Positions 8,982 through 15,830 of a stretch of DNA of 23,936 nucleotides are shown in pieces. A program made the position numbers and the translations under genes. The stretch spans positions 1 to 23,936 of the forward strand of contig JBMFKU010000019.1 in the NCBI GenBank assembly GCA_049971805.1, written 5' to 3'. Source of the DNA: Caldisphaera sp. GTDB lineage: Archaea > Thermoproteota > Thermoprotei_A > Sulfolobales > Acidilobaceae. Within the stretch, counting starts at the first letter, position 1, and every line of letters starts with the position of its first letter. Under the pieces are notes generated by a model. It saw nothing but the letters and a program-made list of their open reading frames with translations. It searched no databases and had not been told where the DNA came from.

Positions 8982-9868
8982 ACCTCCAATATTTCTTCAA
9001 TTCCTGGCTCTATTAATTCAATACCATAAATCTCAACACCCTTTTTAATGAATTCCGACAAAACATTTAGTAAATAGGCTGTTTTTTCTTTATTTTCTGT
9101 TTTAACATATATGTTATTTCCCAGAACCTCTGAATTAAATCCAATTTTTTCTAATCCATCTCTTATTTCAAAAGGATCTTTACATCTTATTCTAGTTGTT
9201 GATATGTTTTTTATTATCTCTTCAGGAGAGCCTGATTTAATCACCTTTCCTGATTTCATTACTGTAATAGATGATGAAACTCTTAAGACTTCTGGTAGAA
9301 CATGACTAGATATAATTATTGTTAACCCATTTTCTTTGTTTAGTCTTGAAAATAGATCTAATATCTTGTTTCTCTCAATGGGATCTAAGTTACTAGTTGG
9401 TTCATCTGCAATTAGCATTTTAGGCTCTGAAATTAGTGCGTGAGCAATAGCTGCTCTTTGTCTTTGACCTGCGCTTAATTGTGAAAAAGCCTTGTTTTCA
9501 TTTCCTTCCAATCCAACTAATGAAATAGTGCTTTTTACCAAGTCTTTGCTTTTTCCATATATGTTTGCGGCATGGTATAGAAACTCATTAATAGGCATGC
9601 TTAAAGGCAAAGAGGGTCTTTCAAATATAACGCCGGTCTTTTCTCTTGCAGATGGATCGATAAAAGGATCCTTGCCAAATAAATATACTTTTCCAGAATC
9701 TCTTTTTAATAGACCCAATGATGTTTTGATTAAAGTTGATTTTCCAGCTCCATTAGGGCCTACAATTGCTCTTATTTCTCCTTCCTTTACATCTATATTA
9801 ATGCTATTTAATGCTATAAAATCTCCATATTTTTTTGTTACATTTTCTAAGCTTAGCAGAGATTCCAT
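8978..9868 (-). CDS. ABC transporter ATP-binding protein (DrrA/CcmA-like exporter)
   Basis: Walker A GPNGAGKS, signature LSAGQRQR, Walker B LIADEPT, H-loop SSH. Confidence 0.95.
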   Translation of the reverse strand: MESLLSLENVTKKYGDFIALNSINIDVKEGEIRAIVGPNGAGKSTLIKTSLGLLKRDSGKVYLFGKDPFIDPSAREKTGVIFERPSLPLSMPINEFLYHAANIYGKSKDLVKSTISLVGLEGNENKAFSQLSAGQRQRAAIAHALISEPKMLIADEPTSNLDPIERNKILDLFSRLNKENGLTIIISSHVLPEVLRVSSSITVMKSGKVIKSGSPEEIIKNISTTRIRCKDPFEIRDGLEKIGFNSEVLGNNIYVKTENKEKTAYLLNVLSEFIKKGVEIYGIELIEPGIEEILEV

Positions 9869-9941
9869 AATCTCCCCGATAATTTATTAAAAAAGAAGTT
9901 TAAATATGTGAATAGATATATCTATAGAATAGATATTAAAA

Positions 9942-10463
9942 TTAAAAGCATGATTTAGGTAAATCAAACAATATGCTTTCATATCCATTAATTTTCGTTC
10001 CTTTTTTTACTTTTATAAATGCATAATTGTTCTCATAATATACTTCTCCCGAGACATCTATTTTATTAAAATTCCCGCAATTTGGCAAAATCCACGTTAC
10101 AGAATAATCGTATTCAGCAGTAGTCTCCTCATATATATTTTCATAGACATTTTTTCCAATGTTAGGAATCCATGATATTTCTATATAAAAAGTTGCAAAG
10201 GATATTCTTGGTGTTCCTCTAATACCTATTTTAGCATATTTTACTACTGGAAAGCTATATTTTTCATTTAATATTGTTTTTTCACTATTTATTTGTTTTT
10301 GCATTTCATTTTTTAGTCTTTCCTCTTCTTTATAATTTAAAGAACTGTAAATTAGTTTATAATATTCTTTTTTCTCATCATAGTAATCGAAGTTTATTAT
10401 ATAATTTATTAAACCCTTTTGATTTACATTTATGATACCTTCTCCATATATTGGCGTTGTCAT
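9942..10463 (-). CDS. Hypothetical protein (Tyr-rich, predicted beta-rich)
   Basis: 173-aa ORF with GGTG RBS, filling the gap between flanking genes; no motif recognised. Confidence 0.7.
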   Translation of the reverse strand: MTTPIYGEGIINVNQKGLINYIINFDYYDEKKEYYKLIYSSLNYKEEERLKNEMQKQINSEKTILNEKYSFPVVKYAKIGIRGTPRISFATFYIEISWIPNIGKNVYENIYEETTAEYDYSVTWILPNCGNFNKIDVSGEVYYENNYAFIKVKKGTKINGYESILFDLPKSCF

Positions 10464-10520
10464 TTTAAAACACCGTAATATTTTTTAAATTTTTTAGACC
10501 CTATCAGGTAGGTGGTTTTA

Positions 10521-11303
10521 ATGAATAATAAGTGTAATGCTTTAGTAACATCTTCTAGCAGAGGAATAGGATTTCAAGCTGCTCTGTCTTTAATTGAAAA
10601 AGGTTGCAATGTAGTTATAAATTCAAGAAGTTTAGAAAACATAGAAAATGCAATTAAGAAATTAAAAGAAATGAAAAGAGATGCTATTATTTATGGTATA
10701 AAGGCCGATATATCGAGTATTGATGAAGTAAAAAAGCTTTATGATGAAACACAAAAAATCTTAGGCAGTCTAGATATAATAGTAATGAATTATGGAAATC
10801 CTCTATGTGAGCCTTGCGAGCTTATAAGAACAAATTATGATGATTGGCTTTATTCATTTAATCTTTATGTTGCATCAACAGTGGAAATGATAAAACAAGT
10901 TTATTTAAAAAATGATAGGAAAGTAAGCTTTGTTTTGATTTCAAGCTTTTCCACATATTCACCTATGGAATCAACATCGCTGTCTGATATAATTAGATCT
11001 GTTTTTCCATCATTAGTAAAAGTATACTCGAGGTTATATCCAAATAAAATAAGGGCAAATCTCTTACTATTAGGTACCTTTAAAACAGAAGGCGCGATGG
11101 AGTTAATAAGAAAACTGTCAAGCAAAGAAAATATCGATGAAAACGAATATTGGAAAAGATTTGTAGAAGATATTTCTCCATTAAAAAGAAGCGGTAGGTT
11201 TGATGAACTAAGAGAAGTAATATCTTGGCTTTCATTTTCACCCGAATATCTCTCCGGATCAATAATATTGTTTGATGGAGCAACGTTAAATTGCTTAATC
11301 TAA
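10521..11303 (+). CDS. Short-chain dehydrogenase/reductase, atypical active site
   Basis: LVTSSSRGIG nucleotide loop, VVINSR, LDIIVMNYG, YLSGSIILFDGA. YxxxK is replaced by SDIIR. ATG 10521 follows a GGTGG RBS (GTG 10512 is an alternative). Confidence 0.88.
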   Translation: MNNKCNALVTSSSRGIGFQAALSLIEKGCNVVINSRSLENIENAIKKLKEMKRDAIIYGIKADISSIDEVKKLYDETQKILGSLDIIVMNYGNPLCEPCELIRTNYDDWLYSFNLYVASTVEMIKQVYLKNDRKVSFVLISSFSTYSPMESTSLSDIIRSVFPSLVKVYSRLYPNKIRANLLLLGTFKTEGAMELIRKLSSKENIDENEYWKRFVEDISPLKRSGRFDELREVISWLSFSPEYLSGSIILFDGATLNCLI

Positions 11304-11347
11304 TGAAATGTATTATTTTATGAAGAAAAATACATTAAGAATTTTTT

Positions 11348-11367
11348 AACTTTTTTCGAAAAAAGTT
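11348..11367. repeat. Perfect 20-bp palindrome AACTTTTTTCGAAAAAAGTT (terminator or operator)
   Basis: Read directly; intergenic between the SDR stop and the DUF1152 start. Confidence 0.7.
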
Positions 11368-11433
11368 TTATCATATTGGAGATTATAACAATATTTAATA
11401 TTTTCTCAATTTATAAATAAGATAGGGAATTAT

Positions 11434-12471
11434 ATGGGTAAGTTTAACAGTTTAGAAAATGCTGTTAAAGGTAAGAAGGTCTTTGTTTTTGGTGCTGGTG
11501 GTGGAGGAGATATAGCAGGATCTTATTATATATCGAATAAAATAAAAAACATGGGAGGGAATCCAATAGTTGGAAGCATTGTATGGGAAAGGTTCTCTAT
11601 TGATCCAATACCAGGACCCATTCCTTTAGAAACAATGATTAATGTAGAACCGATAGGCTATTCATCTGCACTTGTAAATTCAGATTCCTATGCATTAAGA
11701 TATGGAAGAGAAATTGAACCACAAATTACGAAATTGGTTAAGATGACTGGAGAAAAAGCAGTTTTCATAGATATATCAAAGGGTGAAATAGGGGTTAGAA
11801 AAGCAATAGAGGATGTTAGAGATAATTTAGACGTTGATCTAGTCATAGGAGTAGATGTCGGTGGAGATATTTTGGCGTTAGGGTGTGAAGATAGCTTATG
11901 GAGCCCGCTTGCAGATTCTATATCTTTAAGTGCTCTTTATTCATCAGATATCGAAAAAATCTTAGTTGTTTTTGGACCTGGAGCAGATGGAGAACTTGAT
12001 ACTAATTTAATATTAAAGTATATTTCAGAAATTGCTAAAAACGATGGTCTAATAGGTATATATGGAATTAATAAAGATGAAGAAGGTTTATTGGAGAATT
12101 TAGTTTCGGTTATAAATACTGAGGCTTCGTTAATGCCATTGCTTGCTTTTAAAGGAGAATTTGGTGAAAAGTATATAAGAGATAAAACAAGGGTTGTAAG
12201 GCTTTCTCCGATACTATCTACTTTTTATGCAATTGATGTTGATGTTGCATTTAATAGAAGTGAATTGCCGAAGCTTGTATTGAGTTCAGGTGGTATAGGA
12301 AATGCAAATCAAAGTTTAAATGATCGTTGTATATATACAGAATTAGATTTAGAAAATGACTTAATGAGGCTTAAAGGGATTTCTTTTGATAAATCCATAG
12401 ATATAAACGAAATTAGAGAGAAAGGAATTAATAGATTAATAAAGAGCAACTGCAATCCTGTTAAATGTTAG
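11434..12471 (+). CDS. DUF1152 family protein
   Basis: GAGGGGDI, VWER..IDPIPGP, GVDVGGDILA, SPLADS, GPGADGEL, TEAS. Confidence 0.85.
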   Translation: MGKFNSLENAVKGKKVFVFGAGGGGDIAGSYYISNKIKNMGGNPIVGSIVWERFSIDPIPGPIPLETMINVEPIGYSSALVNSDSYALRYGREIEPQITKLVKMTGEKAVFIDISKGEIGVRKAIEDVRDNLDVDLVIGVDVGGDILALGCEDSLWSPLADSISLSALYSSDIEKILVVFGPGADGELDTNLILKYISEIAKNDGLIGIYGINKDEEGLLENLVSVINTEASLMPLLAFKGEFGEKYIRDKTRVVRLSPILSTFYAIDVDVAFNRSELPKLVLSSGGIGNANQSLNDRCIYTELDLENDLMRLKGISFDKSIDINEIREKGINRLIKSNCNPVKC

Positions 12472-12829
12472 AATCTTGTTCATCATTTGTTTGTGCTGTT
12501 TGCAAAATTTTCTTTTTAGTTTTGTACTCTGTTATCATATCTTCTAATGAATCAATTCTTTGTATTAAATAGTCCATAGTCTCTTCTATTTGCCTGTATT
12601 TTCCTTCCAGTAATGTCATTTTAACTCTTATGTCTTTTTCTACCTTGTCCAATCTATTTGACATGTTCGCTATTATTATGTTGTCTTCATTTTTATTTGA
12701 GAAGCCTCCTTGAAGGCCCGTTTTTATATAAAGCTTTATCAGATCTGTAATTTGTATTCCTATTTCGTCTGACTTACTTTTCAATTCACCATACATTTGA
12801 TCACTTATAGATAGATGCACAGTTGGCAC
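12461..12829 (-). CDS. Ribbon-helix-helix (CopG-like) transcription factor with C-terminal coiled coil
   Basis: MPTVHLSISDQMYGELKSKSDEIGIQITDLIKLYI has a beta-strand/helix/G-turn/helix pattern; heptad-rich C-terminal half; strong GGAGGAG RBS at 12843-12837. Confidence 0.85.
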   Translation of the reverse strand: MPTVHLSISDQMYGELKSKSDEIGIQITDLIKLYIKTGLQGGFSNKNEDNIIIANMSNRLDKVEKDIRVKMTLLEGKYRQIEETMDYLIQRIDSLEDMITEYKTKKKILQTAQTNDEQDSNI

Positions 12830-12995
12830 TATATGTCTCCTCCTATTAAGAGTAGTATGCAGAGAGGCCTAATATATTATTTTGTTCTAAGTATTTTTCA
12901 TGTAAGTTTCCTCTTGTAAAATGTATTGCGTATTCAATAAAAGTCTTGGAGTAGAGTTAAGAGATATGGGTGTTACTGAATAGGTGAATAATGTA

Positions 12996-13166
12996 ATGAA
13001 AGTTGTATCATTTAAGCTTGAGGATGATTTGCTCGAAATATTAGAGGAATACTCAAAGAAAAGAAACGTAACTAAGAGCGAGATTATTAGAAGGGCTTTG
13101 CAGAACTATATATCTAATGAAAAAGATAAGCCTTTTATAACAAAGAGAATAAAGATATACACATAG
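12996..13166 (+). CDS. Small RHH (CopG family) transcription factor, aCcr1-like
   Basis: 56 aa MKVVSFKLEDDLLEILEEYSKKRNVTKSEIIRRAL with a C-terminal KRIKI strand; AGGTGA RBS before ATG 12996. Confidence 0.88.
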   Translation: MKVVSFKLEDDLLEILEEYSKKRNVTKSEIIRRALQNYISNEKDKPFITKRIKIYT

Positions 13167-13278
13167 CCTAAAATCTTTCTTTAAAAAAATCACTTCTTTG
13201 TATTATAGTTTTTTGGTTGTTGTATTAATATAAATTTAAAGACGAGATAAATAAAAATAATAAATTAAATTTAAAAGA

Positions 13279-14187
13279 TTATTCTTTGGGTAGTTTGATT
13301 ACTACTGGCTCTTTTTCCATTGCCTTTAGATCTACTCCTGGCAAGGTTGTTGCTTCCGGAGGTAATGAAATTCTTTCTCCTTTTTCAGGCGGTGGAGGTA
13401 ATGGTTTTGATGCCTTTTTCTTAAAGAATCCAAATCTATATTTATATAGTTTGCTGCGTAGTGCTTGGATAGCCCCAGCTGGGTCAACTGCTTTAGGACA
13501 TACTGCACTACATGTTGCTGCAAAATGACATTTATGACAACCATGCTCTGTATCAATAATAGCAAACCTTTCTTGATGGCCCTCATCTCTAGCATCATTG
13601 ATAAATCTAAAGGCATACATTAATGCTTGTGGACCTAGATATTCTGGGTCAGCTGCTACTACTGGACAAGATGCGTAGCAAAGACCACAATATATGCAAT
13701 TGCTAAACTGAAATATATCAACAAATTCCTCTGGGGTCATTTTTAGTTGTCCTTTTGGCTTTTCTTGTTCATCAATATCTTTTCTAATTAGATATGGTTT
13801 TACACTTCTATGCTTTTCAAAGAAGTCTTTAAAGTCGGTCATCAGATCTTTAACTACTGGGAAGTTAGATAAAGGCTCAACTGTTATAACTGGATTAGCA
13901 TTGGTTGCAACCTGTGAAATTTGAGTTTGACATGCAAGCATAGGGGTTCCATTTATATTAACTCCACAACTACCACATAGACCCATTCTGCAACTGTATC
14001 TAACAGTTAATGTATGATCAATATTTTCCTTTATTGCAAGCAAGGCATCTAGCATTGTCATTCCTTTACGTGTCTCAACTTTGTATTCCTGCCACCAAAT
14101 CTTTTTGCTTTCTGGGTTGTATCTTCTAACTCTTATAGTTACAACTTTTGGTGGAATTTTTGTTGCAGCCTCTATATCTAATGCCAT
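13279..14187 (-). CDS. sdhB: Succinate dehydrogenase/fumarate reductase iron-sulfur subunit
   Basis: SCRMGLCGSC...LAC [2Fe-2S], CIYCGLCYASCP [4Fe-4S], CHFAATCSAVCP [3Fe-4S]; GAGGTGA RBS. Confidence 0.96.
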   Translation of the reverse strand: MALDIEAATKIPPKVVTIRVRRYNPESKKIWWQEYKVETRKGMTMLDALLAIKENIDHTLTVRYSCRMGLCGSCGVNINGTPMLACQTQISQVATNANPVITVEPLSNFPVVKDLMTDFKDFFEKHRSVKPYLIRKDIDEQEKPKGQLKMTPEEFVDIFQFSNCIYCGLCYASCPVVAADPEYLGPQALMYAFRFINDARDEGHQERFAIIDTEHGCHKCHFAATCSAVCPKAVDPAGAIQALRSKLYKYRFGFFKKKASKPLPPPPEKGERISLPPEATTLPGVDLKAMEKEPVVIKLPKE

Positions 14188-14198
14188 ATCATATCACC

Positions 14199-14552
14199 TC
14201 AATAAGCTGGTAATTTTACAACCGTAATTGTTGCGATGGCAGCTAATGCAATGAAGACTATCCAAAACAATATATTTATTATTGTCGTATATGTTTTTCC
14301 TTGATACAATTCAAATAGCATACCTTTGACTCCATTAAGTCCATGGAATAATGCAACATAAGCTAACAACAATAGAGCCCAACCTGCTGTTTGATATTGA
14401 TTATATACTATCGAGGCTGTTAAAGTTTGATCATATGTTGAAACATTAAATAGCCATGGTAATCTTTGTATTAAATGGTAACCCAAAAGGAATATAAGCA
14501 AAATAGCCGTTATATATTGCCACATTTGTATATTTGAAGCTTTTCCCGCCAT
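14199..14552 (-). CDS. sdhD: Succinate dehydrogenase hydrophobic membrane anchor subunit D
   Basis: WQYITA..LGYHL and LFHGLNG heme-His motifs, three TMs. Start MAGK at 14552 after GGTGA, which overlaps the sdhC stop. Confidence 0.87.
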   Translation of the reverse strand: MAGKASNIQMWQYITAILLIFLLGYHLIQRLPWLFNVSTYDQTLTASIVYNQYQTAGWALLLLAYVALFHGLNGVKGMLFELYQGKTYTTIINILFWIVFIALAAIATITVVKLPAY

Positions 14553-14557
14553 TTCTA

Positions 14558-15055
14558 TCACCAAAATATCAAGTAGGCCGAAAAGGCCCACAACACTATA
14601 GCTAATACAAAAACAATATATAGCCAAGTTCTTTGAGGTGCACTAAGTGTAGGTGCTTCATAAGGAGGTTTTGGCTCTACAGGTTTTCCAATTCCAACTC
14701 CAAAGAATTCTGTTAGTAATAGTCTAAATCCATTTAATGCATGGAAGAAAACTGCTCCTGCTACTATGAATTCTCCTATTTTAAGGTACCATGCACTTTC
14801 TACACCCATTATGTACGCCCATGCGGTCCATCCTGAATAACCATTGATGGGATAATATTGAGACCAAACGGGAGAGTCTGTTTCTACTATGTGTAATACT
14901 AGGAATGCTATAATAATAAATCCTGTCACTCTGTGTAAAACATATGCAACTCTTTCAGGATTATTTTTAGCTTTAATCAACCAAGGATTTAGACTTTCTC
15001 TCCAAAAACCAGGTCTATTTTCTAATTCAACACTATCTTTTTTATCACTAGACAT
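14558..15055 (-). CDS. sdhC: Succinate dehydrogenase cytochrome b subunit C
   Basis: LHRVTG, LVLHI, FHALNGFRL; three TMs; GAGGTGA RBS. Confidence 0.9.
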   Translation of the reverse strand: MSSDKKDSVELENRPGFWRESLNPWLIKAKNNPERVAYVLHRVTGFIIIAFLVLHIVETDSPVWSQYYPINGYSGWTAWAYIMGVESAWYLKIGEFIVAGAVFFHALNGFRLLLTEFFGVGIGKPVEPKPPYEAPTLSAPQRTWLYIVFVLAIVLWAFSAYLIFW

Positions 15056-15064
15056 GAAATCACC

Positions 15065-15154
15065 TCATATTTTTTCTTTATTATATGCTGAAGCCCTTAA
15101 GCCAGCAGGGCCAAGGCCTAAAACAACATCATATGTAATTGCTTCTACTGTCAA
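15065..15154 (-). pseudogene. sdhA: Relic of the sdhA/frdA flavoprotein gene (N-terminal FAD-binding motif only)
   Basis: TTG-start 29-aa frame MTVEAITYDVVLGLGPAGLRASAYNKEKI*, carrying a YDVV-GxGxAGLRA Rossmann start. GAGGCG RBS-like sequence upstream; the TGA stop overlaps the sdhC RBS (TGAGGTGA). Confidence 0.72.
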
Positions 15155-15308
15155 TTACATGCGCCTCTTAATACCTAATAAGTAATGTATATGTTGGAAT
15201 AAATAAGCTCTAATATTATATCCGTATAATATTTTATATTTAATATTATTAAATAAGAGTTTGTTTATAAATTATAAAAAAGTAAAAAAGCTATAGTAAG
15301 TATTTGGG

Positions 15309-15731
15309 TTAGCTTCTTTTAGAAATATTATTAACATATGCTTTATGGTCTAGCAAGCTATTAAGATCTTTTTTCTCTGTTTCTACTATTGCAATCCATC
15401 CATTATCGTAAGGCTCTTTGTTTATCAGTTCAGGTTCATCCAATAATTTTTCATTAACATCTATTACTTTACCTGAAATTGGAGAATAGACTTCTGCAGT
15501 TGCCTTTACAGACTCTAAAACTGCAAGTGTAGCTCCCTTTTTTATTTCGTTACCCTTTTTGGGAAGGTCTACACCAACTATATCTCTAAGCTTTTTTTGG
15601 GCATAATCAGTTATACCAATTCTTATATTTTTTTCATTTTCAATTTTTATCCATTCATCGCTCTCAGTATAGAGAAGGGTATCATCAATTGTAACTGATA
15701 GATTGCCAGCCTTTACCTGGTATCTCACCAT
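15309..15731 (-). CDS. gcvH: Glycine cleavage system H protein (lipoyl carrier)
   Basis: YTESDEW, IGITDYAQKKL, LESVKAT (lipoyl-Lys), SPISG, PELINKEPYDNGWI. ATG 15731 follows GGTGA. Confidence 0.95.
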   Translation of the reverse strand: MVRYQVKAGNLSVTIDDTLLYTESDEWIKIENEKNIRIGITDYAQKKLRDIVGVDLPKKGNEIKKGATLAVLESVKATAEVYSPISGKVIDVNEKLLDEPELINKEPYDNGWIAIVETEKKDLNSLLDHKAYVNNISKRS

Positions 15732-15830
15732 GATTATCACCAACTTATATTATGTGTAATTAGAATATAAGCTTAAGTTTCCTTTTTGCATTAACCTTTA
15801 AGAATTAGTTTTAAAATAGAAATTACGGGG

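Noticed and set aside
2622-11283. ORFs 2622-3053, 3570-3764, 4823-5041, 5208-5477, 6901-7092, 9111-9305, 9492-9890, 10901-11125 and 11080-11283
   Set aside because: All lie antisense within well-supported genes and carry no recognisable motifs.
12430-12490. Minus-strand ATGATGA near the RHH gene end as a C/D-box sRNA
   Set aside because: No downstream CTGA D box at a suitable distance; the motif is coding sequence (NDE).
12830-13278. Replication origin near the copG-like genes
   Set aside because: No ORB-like repeats with G-strings, and no cdc6 or whiP in the window.
13286-13616. ORFs 13286-13528 (+) and 13332-13616 (-)
   Set aside because: Antisense or alternate-frame shadows inside sdhB.
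14553-14627. N-terminal extension of SdhD in the ORF track
   Set aside because: Overlaps sdhC; the RBS supports ATG 14552.
14889-15185. 98-aa + strand ORF
   Set aside because: Antisense to sdhC and to the sdhA relic, which explains the sequence better.
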